Part shown: in pieces, positions 1 to 11,146 of the stretch | How the letters are laid out: the number at the start of each line of letters is the position of its first letter | Numbering within the stretch: position 1 is the stretch's first letter | Assembly (NCBI GenBank): GCA_963745835.1 | Contig: CAVUZH010000003.1 | Location: 800,001 to 864,000, forward strand | Source of the DNA: an uncultured delta proteobacterium | GTDB taxonomy: Bacteria > Desulfobacterota > Binatia > UBA9968 | Direction: 5' to 3' | DNA: 64,000 bases | Position numbers and translations under genes: made by a program | Notes under the pieces: generated by a model | Databases searched by the model: none | What the model saw: only the letters and a program-made list of their open reading frames with translations | Told to the model about the DNA's origin: nothing

Positions 1-2
1 CA

Positions 3-704
3 CGTAATCTTGTCGATGCCGCGTTCAGGTCCGGTGTAAGAAGATTCGTCTACTGCAGCACGCAGGGAGTTCACGGTGACATCAAGAACCCTCCTGGAAA
101 CGAATCATCTCCGATCATGCCTGAAGACTATTACCAGCTTACCAAGTTCGAAGGCGAGAAAGTGGTTCAGGAGTACGTCGCCCGTGGACTAGACGCAGTG
201 ACTCTCCGGCCCACCGCGATCTATGGGCCTGGAGATCCCGAACGTTTTCTCATCTTATTCCGGTTGGCAAAACGGGGATCCTTTTTGATGTTTGGCGACG
301 GTGAAACTTTCTACCATCCGGTGTACATCGATAATTTAGTTGATGCGTTCGAATTGGCGGGTGAAAAGCCCGGAATAGCTGGACAGAGCTACATCATAGG
401 CGATGAACATTATTACAGCATCAAGGATCTGGTGCGAAACGTAGCAGATGCTCTGAACGTTCGGGTACGCATCCGTTACTTGCCTTTCTGGCCTCTCTGG
501 ACCGCGGCATGGACCTGTGAAATGGCCTGCAAACCTCTTCGTATAACTCCGCCGATTTTCCGACGAAGAGTGGACTGGTTTCGCCAGGTTCGCGCCTTCA
601 GTATCGACAAAGCTAAAACGGAGCTTGGATATGATCCCAAGGTGGATCTACAAACCGGCCTGAGACGGACCGCCCAATGGTACGCAGAGCATCGGTACGT
701 GTGA
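3..704 (+). CDS. NAD-dependent epimerase/dehydratase (extended SDR), 5'-truncated by the window edge
   Basis: The frame of ORF 117..704 is open from base 3 (RNLVDAAFRSGVRRFVYCSTQGVHG). It has a YxxxK motif (YQLTK) and LRPTAIYGPGD. Confidence 0.9.
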   Translation, partial: RNLVDAAFRSGVRRFVYCSTQGVHGDIKNPPGNESSPIMPEDYYQLTKFEGEKVVQEYVARGLDAVTLRPTAIYGPGDPERFLILFRLAKRGSFLMFGDGETFYHPVYIDNLVDAFELAGEKPGIAGQSYIIGDEHYYSIKDLVRNVADALNVRVRIRYLPFWPLWTAAWTCEMACKPLRITPPIFRRRVDWFRQVRAFSIDKAKTELGYDPKVDLQTGLRRTAQWYAEHRYV

Positions 705-793
705 TTGCTGTATACGCTGCGTCGGTAAATCAGTTTCGAACTTCGAGTTCGAGGTTCATCCGGGAATCTTGAACGGGTGTTAAAGCGAAAATT

Positions 794-2734
794 ATGTGCG
801 GAATTAGCGGACTCTGGCAATCCACAGCAATTGACGAGCGTCTAGTTCGGTCGATGACGGCGGCGCTAACGCATCGCGGCCCCGATGACGAAGGATTTTA
901 CTTCAATCGAGGTGTCGGGCTGGGACACCGTCGGTTGAGCATCATTGATCTCGAGCACGGGCGCCAGCCGATCTGTAATGAGGACGGCACCGTATGGATC
1001 GTGTTTAACGGCGAGATCTACAACTTTCTAGATCTTCGTCAGGAACTCGAGGCTGCCGGTCACCGATTCAAAACGTCGACGGACACGGAAGTCATTGTCC
1101 ATCTGTACGAACAACACGGCACTGACTGTGTCCGCTACCTTCGCGGTATGTTCGCGTTCGCGATTTGGGACGATTCGAGACGCCGACTGTTTCTCGCGCG
1201 TGATCACGTCGGTCAAAAGCCTCTCTTTTTCTTTCATCGCAACGGCGTTTTTGGCTTTGGATCGGAGATCAAGGCTCTGCTCCGAAGCGGTTGCGTTAAA
1301 GCCGAGATGGACGCAGCTGCCATGAACCACCTGATCTCCTTACGATACCTGCCCGGGACGCAGACTCTTTTTAAAGGAATCCACAAGCTGCCCGCTGGTC
1401 ATTGGATGACTGTAGAAAACGGTCAGGTTAAAACTCAGCGATATTGGCAACTCGATTATACAAAGAAGCTTGGCGGCAGCGAAGAAGAAGTGGTCTCTGA
1501 GCTCAAACAGGTTATCCAGGAGTCAGTAAAATCCCATCTGATCAGCGATGTGCCCGTGGGCGCTTTTCTCAGCGGAGGAATCGATTCCAGCACCGTGGCG
1601 TCTATGATGTCGCTTTCATCTGCGGAGAGAATCCAAACTTTTTCCATTGGGGTCCAAGAAACCGATTTTAACGAATTGCCTTTCGCGCGGCTGGTTGCGG
1701 ACCGATATAACACGATGCACTTCGAAAAGATCGCGAGCAATCGCCTGGTGTCATTGTTGCCGACGCTCATCTCGCACATGGATGAAATCGTCGACCCATT
1801 CGGTTTCGGCGTTTTTCTCGTCGCCGCGCTTGCCAAATCCCATGTAAAAGTCGTCTTGGGAGGTGACGGTGGAGACGAGCTGTTTGGCGGCTACGATCGC
1901 TACGTCGGGAACCGATTGGTCGATTACTATTGTTTTATTCCTCAGACGGTTCGGAAGCACGTTTTTCCGTCACTTATCCGATTGCTGCCCGATTCTTACG
2001 GCTACAACAGCACGACTCAGAAACTACGATGGTTGAATGACATGTCACTGACGTCGGGCGGCGATCGCTATGCACACAGCATGTCGTACCTGCGATTTAC
2101 CCAAGAAGCAAAGGAACATCTGTTTTCTCCAGCACTGCGCCGAAGTTTGGATGGCGAATTTGATTCTGCACCGCATATTCTGGAGCACTTTAATAATTCC
2201 TGCGCGAAAGAGCTGATCGACAAGATGTTATATACGGACATGATGACCCGCATGCCGGAGCATTTGCTCATGCTGGTGGATCACATGACAATGGCGCATA
2301 GCCTGGAAGATCGCTCGCCGCTGCTGGATTACCGAGTTGTCGAATTTGCCGCTGCCATTCCCACGAATTTAAAAGTCAAAGGAAATCGCTTGAAGCATGT
2401 TTTTAGAGAGGTTGCCAAGGAGTTTTTACCTTCTCCATTGCTCTCTCGCTCCAAGCAGGGGTTTTCATTCCCTCTTGCCTACTGGATGAAATCGGAACTC
2501 GGAAACCTTTTGGAAAAGTTATTTCTTAAGTCTCGTCTTGTCGAAGAAGGCTACTTTCGTCGAGAGTATATGCTGGAGTTGCTCAGGCAACACCGCTCCG
2601 GGCGGGTGGATCATAATTACAGATTATGGATTCTCCTCAACCTTGAACTATGGTGGCGAATCTACATAGACGGCACATCGCTCGACTCTCTAAACCAGCT
2701 CATAGACGATGGGCTCGAACTCCGAGCAGCTTAA
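794..2734 (+). CDS. asnB: Asparagine synthase (glutamine-hydrolysing)-family amidotransferase, probably glycan-amidating
   Basis: N-terminal MCGISG (Ntn Cys), HRGPD, LGHRRLSIID, FNGEIYN, LSGGIDSS, GDGGDELFGGY. Confidence 0.95.
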   Translation: MCGISGLWQSTAIDERLVRSMTAALTHRGPDDEGFYFNRGVGLGHRRLSIIDLEHGRQPICNEDGTVWIVFNGEIYNFLDLRQELEAAGHRFKTSTDTEVIVHLYEQHGTDCVRYLRGMFAFAIWDDSRRRLFLARDHVGQKPLFFFHRNGVFGFGSEIKALLRSGCVKAEMDAAAMNHLISLRYLPGTQTLFKGIHKLPAGHWMTVENGQVKTQRYWQLDYTKKLGGSEEEVVSELKQVIQESVKSHLISDVPVGAFLSGGIDSSTVASMMSLSSAERIQTFSIGVQETDFNELPFARLVADRYNTMHFEKIASNRLVSLLPTLISHMDEIVDPFGFGVFLVAALAKSHVKVVLGGDGGDELFGGYDRYVGNRLVDYYCFIPQTVRKHVFPSLIRLLPDSYGYNSTTQKLRWLNDMSLTSGGDRYAHSMSYLRFTQEAKEHLFSPALRRSLDGEFDSAPHILEHFNNSCAKELIDKMLYTDMMTRMPEHLLMLVDHMTMAHSLEDRSPLLDYRVVEFAAAIPTNLKVKGNRLKHVFREVAKEFLPSPLLSRSKQGFSFPLAYWMKSELGNLLEKLFLKSRLVEEGYFRREYMLELLRQHRSGRVDHNYRLWILLNLELWWRIYIDGTSLDSLNQLIDDGLELRAA

Positions 2735-2861
2735 AACGATCTGCACTCTTCAGAGATCCTGGTAGTCTAGCATTCTCTTACACAGTAATCTCGAGGAACG
2801 ATGAAACTCGAATCGACTTTTGCTCAAACAACTTGCGCATCAACAACGGGAGGAGCGATCC

Positions 2862-3604
2862 GTGAACGATTTGCCGTTGATAGAAGAGCTTGGGAGTGGA
2901 CATGTCTCGGCTTACTGGCAATATCTCAATATGTTCGTTGGAAGCCAATCTCTGGCGGAGCTTCTACGATACGAAGCGCTAACGGCGACTCTCGGCCCGA
3001 TGCCCGGGGCTTTGGGCTATTTTCTTCGTGGCAAATGCTATCGCTGGATTCTTGATGAGAATAGGGGACGGGAGCGTCGTCGGGCGCGGGGTAGTTATCC
3101 GCTGCCCAAAAAGGATTTCTATCGGTAATGGCGTGATGATAGATGACGGCGTCGTGCTGGATGCGAAAGGCACAACGTCCCAAATTCGAATTAGGGAACC
3201 AGATTCTGCTTGGAGCTCATTCGATCATTAGCTGTAACGAAGCACAGGTGCGAATTGGTAACTTTGTTTCGATAGGTCCGTTTTCTGTTTTTGCGTGCAA
3301 AAGTGAAATCGAAATCGGATCGGAGGTTTCGATCGGTTCGGGAGCCAAATTGATGGCTGGAGGCCATGTCACTGACGATCCGGAAGTGGCAGTTATACGC
3401 CAACCGCGCTCCGGCAAAGGAATCAAGATTGAGAACGGCGCCTGGATAGGCACGGGCGCGATCATTCTTGACGGCGTAACGGTCGGACTTCATAGCATCG
3501 TTGGAGCCGGAGCTGTTGTCAGCAAGGATGTGCCGCCGTGGACTGTGGTTCTTGGAAACCCCGCCCGAGTCGTGCAAAGACGAAAAGAAGTGGCGCAGGT
3601 ATGA
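2862..3604 (+). CDS. Hexapeptide-repeat (LbH) acyltransferase, two apparent frameshifts
   Basis: Pieces in ORFs 2820..3128, 3028..3231 (IGDGSVVGRGVVIR...IDDGVVLDAKG) and 3143..3604 (IENGAWIGTGAIILDGVTVG...GNPARV) join into one LbH protein. GTG start at 2862 follows a GGAGGAG RBS. Confidence 0.8.
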
Positions 3605-5112
3605 CAAATCTCACCGCGCTCTGGAATCAAGCGGAAAACAAGTCGGCCGAGAAGACATCCGTGGTTGATGGAGGGAGACGCCTGACTTACCGTCAGGTGG
3701 GAGATCGTATACGTCGAGTCACGGCCGGGCTCATCGCGCAATGGCGTGTGCGCGCCGGCGAAGTCGTCGCGGTTTTGGTTCCTAACTGTGCGGAATTCGT
3801 CATCAGTTATTTTGCGCTAACCTGTGCCGGGGCGGTCGTGCAGCCCGTCGATGAGCGGCTAACCCCCGAAGAAATGAAGGCCATGCTTCTCGATTCGGGC
3901 GCGCGATACATAATCATTCACCGGAGGTTCTGGCCCAAATTCGAAAAGATTCGATGTGAGCTTCCGGCACTCGAAGGTGTTCTTGGAATCGATTTGACAG
4001 CAGACCAGGACGAGCGCTTTGAAGACTGGTTGAGCCGGCCTTTCAACACTATCCTGGAAGAGGAAATCGCAGGCCATCAACTGGCTGAGCTCATGTACAC
4101 GTCTGGCACTACCGGCGAGCCCAAAGGCGTCATGAGAAGCCATTCCAATGTGCTCGCCGCCGCACGCAACTCGATTACGGCCTTTGGTTATCGCGACAGC
4201 GATGTCATGGCTATCGTGATGCCGCTTAGCCATTCGAGCGCATTGAATAGCCAGATGATTCCGATGCTGCAAGTGGGTGGAAGGATCGTACTCGTTAATG
4301 AGTTCGAAGTTGGACGATTGATCGGGATTATTCAGAGTGAAGGGGTGACCTGTATCCGCGCTGTTCCGACGATGATATGCATGTTATTGACGTCTAATAA
4401 TTTTAATGTGGGAGCATTGCCGTCACTCCGACTGCTGATCAATTCTAGCGCGCCTATCGATCCAGAAATCTATCGGGCAGTGAAGTGCAGGTTTCCATCG
4501 ATCGAAGTGATGAATTCCTATGGCTTAACTGAGGCATCCACTTGTACCATTTTGCCGGACCATTTGGCGCTTAGCGATAGTGAATCTATTGGTCATGCTA
4601 TCGATGGAGTCGAAATATCCGTTCGAGATGGGGAGGGACGAATAGTTGGGGATCTCGCCGAAGGGGAATTTTATGTCCGGGGTGAACACGTCTTTGTCGG
4701 ATATCACAATCGACCGGAAGCCACGCGCAGCGTGCTATTAGAAGGTTGGCTGCGCACCGGCGATATCGGTTACCGTGATGACCGAGGCCTATACTACCTC
4801 AATGGCCGGAAGAACGATTTCATCAATTGCGGCGGGCGCAAATTCGCCCCTCTGGAAGTTGAGACATGTATTTTGCGGATGCCTGAGGTCTCGGAAGTGG
4901 CCGTAGTCGGCGTCTCACACCGTGTCTTGGGCCAAGTGGCAAGGGCGTTTGTGGTGCCTGCCGTGCAGAACGGGCTTGATGGTAAGCAAATCGTCCAACA
5001 TTGCGCGCGCAATCTACCCACCCACAAGGTGCCCTTCTCCGTGGTGTTCGTTTCCGAATTACCGAAAACCAGCACGGGCAAGTTTTTACACCGGAAATTG
5101 GTGGACATATAA
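3601..5112 (+). CDS. AMP-dependent adenylation enzyme / acyl-CoA (acyl-ACP) ligase
   Basis: YTSGTTGEPKG, SYGLTE, GWLRTGDIG and C-terminal LPKTSTGK motifs. ATG 3601 overlaps the upstream stop (ATGA). Confidence 0.92.
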   Translation: MTNLTALWNQAENKSAEKTSVVDGGRRLTYRQVGDRIRRVTAGLIAQWRVRAGEVVAVLVPNCAEFVISYFALTCAGAVVQPVDERLTPEEMKAMLLDSGARYIIIHRRFWPKFEKIRCELPALEGVLGIDLTADQDERFEDWLSRPFNTILEEEIAGHQLAELMYTSGTTGEPKGVMRSHSNVLAAARNSITAFGYRDSDVMAIVMPLSHSSALNSQMIPMLQVGGRIVLVNEFEVGRLIGIIQSEGVTCIRAVPTMICMLLTSNNFNVGALPSLRLLINSSAPIDPEIYRAVKCRFPSIEVMNSYGLTEASTCTILPDHLALSDSESIGHAIDGVEISVRDGEGRIVGDLAEGEFYVRGEHVFVGYHNRPEATRSVLLEGWLRTGDIGYRDDRGLYYLNGRKNDFINCGGRKFAPLEVETCILRMPEVSEVAVVGVSHRVLGQVARAFVVPAVQNGLDGKQIVQHCARNLPTHKVPFSVVFVSELPKTSTGKFLHRKLVDI

Positions 5113-5113
5113 C

Positions 5114-5425
5114 ATGGTGGATAACGGCAGGAAAATCGGTGTGGCTGTCGATCCGGATTTGCACCGGAAGGTTGTGGCGATTTTTGCCGACATTTTTCAG
5201 ATCGAGATCGAATCGGACGTAGAAGACATCCACCGCGATGAAATTGAGGCGTGGGATTCGGTTAATCATCTGCGGCTAGTGGTCGAAATCGAGGAAGTAT
5301 TTGAGACTTCGCTGAGTGACGAAGAAGTCACTATGATCGCGAGCCTGCGCGACGTGGAGAAACTGCTGATTGACCGAGGAACCGGCGTCGGCCTGCGTGA
5401 ATTGACCTGTTCAGATCAACAGTAG
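5114..5425 (+). CDS. Acyl carrier protein
   Basis: Small acidic protein with WDSVNHL (phosphopantetheine Ser) and LVVEIEEVF; it directly follows the ligase. Start taken at ATG 5114 within ORF 4922..5425. Confidence 0.88.
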   Translation: MVDNGRKIGVAVDPDLHRKVVAIFADIFQIEIESDVEDIHRDEIEAWDSVNHLRLVVEIEEVFETSLSDEEVTMIASLRDVEKLLIDRGTGVGLRELTCSDQQ

Positions 5426-5429
5426 TCAC

Positions 5430-6044
5430 ATGGCAGTGCGTCTCGCGAACGTTGCTGCGCGATACCTGGTCCCTCGGCCGGTGGTTTCGCTCTATTATTT
5501 CATGCGCGACCGCTGCCTGGTCCATCCTAAGGCGCACGTTCAGCTTTCCTCCAACATTCGTTTTGGTAAAGGGACGACAATCAGGCAATACGCGATTATC
5601 AATACCTCCGGCGGTTGCGTCACCCTGGGAAAAGGTTGCGAACTGGGACCTTTCAGCATGATCGTGACTAAGTCCAAAGACGTCCGAATCGGCGATCACG
5701 TGCGCATGGGACCTCACGTCAGCATGACGGCTTCCAATCGGAATTACATGCGAAGAGATACTCTGATCGTTGACCAGGGGATACGCGAGGAAGGGATTAC
5801 GATCGGCAACGACGTGTGGATTGGCACCGGGACTGTTATTACTGACGGGGTCAATATTGGCCATGGCGCGGTTATCGCTTCCGGTGCCGTGGTAGCCAAG
5901 GATGTTGAGCCATATACGATTGTAGGCGGAGTGCCCGCGAAGGTGATCGGTGAACGGAAATTAGCGCCCGCGCGGATTGCGGATTATTGTGTGCTTCCGA
6001 GGCACACTGACGGTGCACCGAAGCAATCACTGAAATTTGCATAA
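5430..6044 (+). CDS. Hexapeptide-repeat (LbH) acyltransferase
   Basis: [37 protein letters not shown]...VGGVPAKVI. Confidence 0.92.
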   Translation: MAVRLANVAARYLVPRPVVSLYYFMRDRCLVHPKAHVQLSSNIRFGKGTTIRQYAIINTSGGCVTLGKGCELGPFSMIVTKSKDVRIGDHVRMGPHVSMTASNRNYMRRDTLIVDQGIREEGITIGNDVWIGTGTVITDGVNIGHGAVIASGAVVAKDVEPYTIVGGVPAKVIGERKLAPARIADYCVLPRHTDGAPKQSLKFA

Positions 6045-6050
6045 TCCTCT

Positions 6051-7031
6051 ATGTCTATCCGGCGTTTCACGAGTTTTGCCCTGAAGGTCTCGGTCAGCCT
6101 TTTCTTCTTGGGCTATTTATTCAATGCCGTACATTGGGAGGATGTGTGGACCCACATCAAACAGGCAGACCCTTTCTATCTGCTTTTATACCTCGTTCTT
6201 GGATTTGTTGGTGTTTTGATCAGCTCAATTAAATGGCTTGTCCTTGCTCGATGCCATCGGATGTCTCCGAGCCTGTCTTATTTGGTTTCACTTTATATGG
6301 TCGGGTACTTTTTTAATAATTTCTTGCCAACCAGCATCGGCGGTGACGTGGTTCGAGGGCATGCGCTTGGAACGGCATTTGGAAAGAAGCCGGAAGCCAT
6401 GGCTTCAGTATTTGTGGAAAGATTTACCGGTTTTACGGCACTCGTTGTTTTTGCTCTTATAGCTCTGACCTTTGACGGCGCTCTGCGGACCGACCTTCGT
6501 TTAGTCGCGCCGATTGCCTTTGCCATGTTTGCTTACGTCGGCGTTGTGGCAGCCCTGGTGAGCTCGAAATGGCTCGAGTTTTGTGCGAGATGGATCCCTA
6601 TCAAAGTGGTACAAAAGATTTTGCTGAAGATAGGCGCGTTTCAGCAGGCCATCCAGATGTATCGACATGAACGCGCAGCCCTGTGGGCGGCGGGGGGCTA
6701 TTCTATCCTATTCTATCTGGTTTCCGTGTTGGTAGTTTACGTCGGCTGTCTCACCTTTCACGCGCCGGTATCGTTCACGAGCTTGCTGACGGCCGTACCG
6801 GTCTTGCTGATCCTTTTTATGATTCCGTTTTCGTTCGGCGGGATCGGCCTTCAGGAATGGGCCTATTATTTTGTGTTAGAAGCCATTGGTGTCCCTGCTT
6901 CCATCGGCTTGAGTTTGGGTCTGCTGTTCCGCGCCAGATCCGTAGTTTTTGGGCTTATCGGAGGAACGTTCTATCCCTTTATCAGCCGATTTGATTCTTT
7001 GCGAGATCCGATCGCTGAGCCGGCCAAGTAA
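6051..7031 (+). CDS. UPF0104 / lysylphosphatidylglycerol-synthase TM family protein (flippase-like) #1
   Basis: Polytopic membrane protein with FFNNFLPTSIGGDVVR, VFVER and PFSFGGIGLQE motifs. Confidence 0.88.
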   Translation: MSIRRFTSFALKVSVSLFFLGYLFNAVHWEDVWTHIKQADPFYLLLYLVLGFVGVLISSIKWLVLARCHRMSPSLSYLVSLYMVGYFFNNFLPTSIGGDVVRGHALGTAFGKKPEAMASVFVERFTGFTALVVFALIALTFDGALRTDLRLVAPIAFAMFAYVGVVAALVSSKWLEFCARWIPIKVVQKILLKIGAFQQAIQMYRHERAALWAAGGYSILFYLVSVLVVYVGCLTFHAPVSFTSLLTAVPVLLILFMIPFSFGGIGLQEWAYYFVLEAIGVPASIGLSLGLLFRARSVVFGLIGGTFYPFISRFDSLRDPIAEPAK

Positions 7032-7125
7032 TGAGCCTAGAATGAAAATCGGTATCATGCTGATGGCATTTGGTGAAAAGCAATCATGTTTTCAACCGCT
7101 CGATCGAACTGTTTAAATCCTATTT

Positions 7126-7707
7126 ATGCCTTCTCCAGTAGCTCATATCTTGGCCGGGGGCGTCCTTTATCTCGCCGGTACATCCGGGAAGCAGGCCTCA
7201 CGGCTCATTCTTGGCGCGACGATTTTGGGCAGTATCGCTCCGGATCTCGATTTTCTTCCAGGGTTTTTAATCGGCAACCCTTCCGCGTTTCATCACGGCA
7301 TCAGCCATAGCTCGGGCTTTGCATTTTTGTTCGGGATACTCGTCTTCCTGGTCCTGCGATATTTTCAGTATAGTGACATCGCGGCACGTGCCGCGCTCAT
7401 GGCGACTCTCGCCTATGGATTCCACGCCATTCTCGACGCAGTGAGTGTAGGTGAGGGAGCCAAGTCGGTGCCGCTGCTGTGGCCGTTCTCACCGCATGAC
7501 TTTGGGATCAATATCGACCTGTTCGGCCATTTTCATCATGACGGATTCGCGGATGGAATATGGAGCGTTGTCGCTTGGGAAAATCTGCCTGCGCTCGCTC
7601 GCGAGCTGACTGTCATGGGCGCACCTCTACTCTTGCTGCTGCTGTGGCGAGTTCGGGGAGATCGTTCTAAGTCAGTCCGCGCAATGGAGCAAGGAGAGAA
7701 ATCATGA
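7126..7707 (+). CDS. YdjM/DUF457-like membrane metal-dependent hydrolase
   Basis: MPSPVAH, APDLD, HHGISHS, HAILD and LLWPF motifs. Confidence 0.82.
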   Translation: MPSPVAHILAGGVLYLAGTSGKQASRLILGATILGSIAPDLDFLPGFLIGNPSAFHHGISHSSGFAFLFGILVFLVLRYFQYSDIAARAALMATLAYGFHAILDAVSVGEGAKSVPLLWPFSPHDFGINIDLFGHFHHDGFADGIWSVVAWENLPALARELTVMGAPLLLLLLWRVRGDRSKSVRAMEQGEKS

Positions 7708-8786
7708 CCATCACCGTACTACCCCACGAGCCGGTACAAAAAACAATGCGCTTAGTTTCCATCGTTGTTCCGATATTCAATGAGGTCGAGAACGTCCCCT
7801 TTCTCTATCTCGGTATATGCTCTGCGATGGATCGAAGCGGATACTCATGGGAAATCGTCTTTGTCGATGACGGCAGCACCGACGGGACCACGGCGATATT
7901 AAGAAACCTTCATGCACAACACTCGGGGGTCCGTGTGGTCGAGTTGCGGCGCAACTTCGGCCAAACAGCCGCTATGGCCGCGGGATTCGATCACGCGCGT
8001 GGGGAAGTTATCATCGCCATGGACGGCGATCTTCAAAACGACCCAAAGGATATCCCGCGTTTGATCGAGAAACTCGATGAAGGATACGACGTGGTTAGCG
8101 GATGGCGCGCCAATCGTCAGGATGGTTTCTGGCTGCGCCGGCTTCCTTCCAGGATGGCGAACTGGCTGATCAGCAGAACAACCGGTACCTATCTTCATGA
8201 TTACGGCTGCACTTTAAAAGCTTACCGCCGAGAAATAATTCAGCACCTCAAATTGTACGGCGAAATGCATCGCTTCATTCCCGCTCTCTTGGGAGGCGAA
8301 GGTGCCCGCATCGCAGAGCTGCCGGTTAACCACCATGCGCGGCGCTATGGGCGATCGAAATACGGTATTTCACGCACCATTCGGGTGTTTTTGGATCTGC
8401 TGTTAGTGAAGTTTTCGCTGTCGTTCCTCACCAAACCACTGCAAATGTTCGGCAAACTCGGATTGCTGACTTTCCTTCCCGGCACAGCCATTTGCGGCTA
8501 CCTCGTTTTTGCGCGCATCTTTTTCGGCCAACAACTGGCGGACCGGCCGCTTTTCCTATTGGGAATATTGCTGACCGTGGTAGGGACGCAATTCGTCAGC
8601 ATGGGAATTTTGGCGGAAATTCAAATCCGCACCTATCACGAGTCAGCGAATAAGCCAACTTACCTCGTTCGGGAGATTCTCGATTCTCCTTTAGTGGAAT
8701 CGGGATTAGCTAGGATGTCCGAGAGAAAAACACCTAAGACGCGTGAGGTCGAAATCGATCAACTTTCATCGAAGCTGTTGGCATGA
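7704..8786 (+). CDS. GT2 polyprenol-phosphate glycosyltransferase (ArnC/GtrB/DPM-like)
   Basis: VDDGSTD, RNFGQTAA, MDGDLQNDP, DYGCTLKAY, GEMHRFIP and two C-terminal TM helices. Confidence 0.92.
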   Translation: MTITVLPHEPVQKTMRLVSIVVPIFNEVENVPFLYLGICSAMDRSGYSWEIVFVDDGSTDGTTAILRNLHAQHSGVRVVELRRNFGQTAAMAAGFDHARGEVIIAMDGDLQNDPKDIPRLIEKLDEGYDVVSGWRANRQDGFWLRRLPSRMANWLISRTTGTYLHDYGCTLKAYRREIIQHLKLYGEMHRFIPALLGGEGARIAELPVNHHARRYGRSKYGISRTIRVFLDLLLVKFSLSFLTKPLQMFGKLGLLTFLPGTAICGYLVFARIFFGQQLADRPLFLLGILLTVVGTQFVSMGILAEIQIRTYHESANKPTYLVREILDSPLVESGLARMSERKTPKTREVEIDQLSSKLLA

Positions 8787-8933
8787 CAGATTTTTAGTCG
8801 AGCCTCACCATTTCATGTCAATTGACGCTCCTCCAACAAGCATAAAGCAAATGTCTAGAACGTTAATCGCGGCTGCTTGGATACCGTTCAATCGGCTGCA
8901 TGGCCGTATCGTGAGTCGAACCCATGTCAATGA

Positions 8934-10846
8934 ATGGATCTGAAGGCGTTGGTCACGGCATTTCTGCGGCTGGAGGATTTGCTGCTAACTCCACCGCTGC
9001 CTGCGCTAGTTGCGCTGCTGATAGTGCTTGGCACTTTGCATCTGAGCCGACGTGCAGCACGCCGGCTCAGGCTTGGGGCTTCGAGCCCACTTGAGTTTGG
9101 AGCAATTTTCGTGTTGACAACCGGGCTGCTCGCTGGCCTTGTGCACGCGCTCGCCTGGGGCGGTTATGCATCCGTGACAGCGCTGCGGCTTGGAGGATGG
9201 GCACTAGCGGCGATGGGCATTTTAGAAGTGAGTTCGTGGAGGTTCGCCGAGGCGACGCGCGTTCTACGCGATTATTTTAGAGAGGGTTCGCTAACCGAGC
9301 GCTGCGCGCTCATCCTTGCCATCATCACGGTGATCGGACTCTTTGCCGCGGCGCTGGGGCCGGCCGTTGACGCGGATTCTCTCAATTATCATTTGGGCGT
9401 CCCGCTCGACTGGCTGCGGCATGGCGGAGCGTATCCGAGGCCCGACTGGTTCCACGCGAGGTTTGTCGGACTGGGGGAGTCCCTGAACATGCTTGGTTTG
9501 GCCGCGGGAACCGATGGACTTGGCGCCGCGTTCCAGGCTGCGGGTCTTGTTGTCGCACTTCTAGCCGTAACGGCCTTTGCCAAGACTCGATCCGATAAGC
9601 TTTTTGCCGTCCTGCTCGTGGTTACGTGTCCGGTCATCTTTCTCCTGATTACCGGTCAGAAGCCACAGTTATTGCCTTCGGCGGGATTAGTTATTGCCCT
9701 GGTTATTGTCGTGCAGCGCTTCAAGACCTTCGATCCATTAGCCGCGGTCTTCGCCTTCGGCTGTGTCGCTTTCGCTATGGCAAGCAAGCACTCGTTCCTG
9801 CTTACGGGTAGTGTCGTCGTGTCTGTCGGACTGATTGCCGCATTCCGGGCGCAGCGACTTCGTTTTGCTCTTGTGGTGTTGGCAGGCTGCTTTGCAATAT
9901 TTGCTGCGCCGGTATTTGCACGGAATTTTGTCTTTTATGGAGACCCTATCTCGCCGATGCTCGAACGGTGGAGGCCCGGAGGCGATCCGGCGGTCATCGC
10001 ATTTGCCGAACAATCTCTCCGGAGTTATCTACCAAGTGGACCCACACCGGTGACCCTGGCAACGCTCGTGCGTCTGCCGTGGGACCTCGCAGTTACCTTA
10101 CATCCCGGGGCATTTCATCACGTCCTTGGTTTAGGAGTATTTGGATTTCTGTTGGCATTGCGCGAACGAGGTTCCACACGACTACTGCTGCTCACCGCGC
10201 TGCCTGCATTTGCACTGGTGTTTGCCTTCGCGCAGCTCAACCATGGCCCTCGCTTTTTTCTCGACCCGTACCTGTGGTGCGCGGCAGCAGCTGCAGCGGT
10301 GCCGTGGCGTCCGCTTAAGTCGCTCTTCTTCAAGGCGCTCACAGCTCAAGCACTGGCAGTTGCCGTAGTAGCCATCTACCTCGGTGTAGTCTTCTTTCGC
10401 GGCGCGCTGACGGAAGCGGGGCGTGAGCGTGTCATGACACTAATGGCCCTCGGCTATGCTGAGGCAAAGTGGCTCGACGCCACCTTGCCTCCGGATGCCG
10501 TCGTGCTTACGACAGCACACAATTACGCTGTGCTGCCAAGGCCATTTGTTGTCGCAGATCGGTTTCATGCGTGCCGCCATCATCGTCTCGACGATCCGAT
10601 ACGGCGCTGTCTGACTGGAAGCAGCAACTCACTGAATTAGTGAGAGAGAAACGGGTCACCGTGCTCGTGACGGAGTACCCAATAGAGATTCCCGTCTACT
10701 CGTGGCTGGCAACCCGCTATGGTACCCCGCTCGCCGAACCAGCGCAGTTCCGCTTCGCGGCGCGAAGCCCGTTCAATCGAGGCGACTTAGTTAGCTCAAT
10801 TGCAATCCGGCTTAACGTCGACGCTCCTGGATCTCCAGCAGAGTGA
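8934..10846 (+). CDS. Polytopic membrane protein, putative GT-C-fold transferase (DUF1420-like); frameshift near the C-terminus
   Basis: Many TM helices, DSLNYHLGVP loop motif and RNFVFYGDP. The C-terminal soluble domain continues in ORF 10469..10846. Confidence 0.65.
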
Positions 10847-11146
10847 AATTTTTAACGACAGCCAAATGCGCGATACACCTTCTTTTTTGACCTTAAGGCA
10901 GGTGCTATCGCCGAGATCAATGATCGTTTAAAGCAAATTGGAACCCGTTACGCCTGGGACCGTGTTCTATGGAACGTAAGACGCATCTTCCATTCGACCT
11001 ATTCGATGTTCGCTGGGAAGCGCTGGCTCTGGGTTAAGGAAGATGCAAAATTCGAGCTCTGGCAGGCGTTCCCCTCTTATAGCTCCTAACTCCGAGAGAG
11101 AAAGCGCGAAATAGGTTCGTCGTCGCGATCGAAAGTAACTGGCGGT

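Noticed and set aside
794-2734. AsnB as a lasso-peptide cyclase, or the radical SAM (60922) as a RiPP maturase
   Set aside because: Both AsnB proteins keep the Ntn Cys glutaminase domain, and no precursor peptide, RRE or B-protein gene is visible.
3601-5425. Ligase + ACP as an NRPS/PKS secondary-metabolite cluster
   Set aside because: No condensation, ketosynthase or thioesterase domains; the context is entirely glycan biosynthesis.
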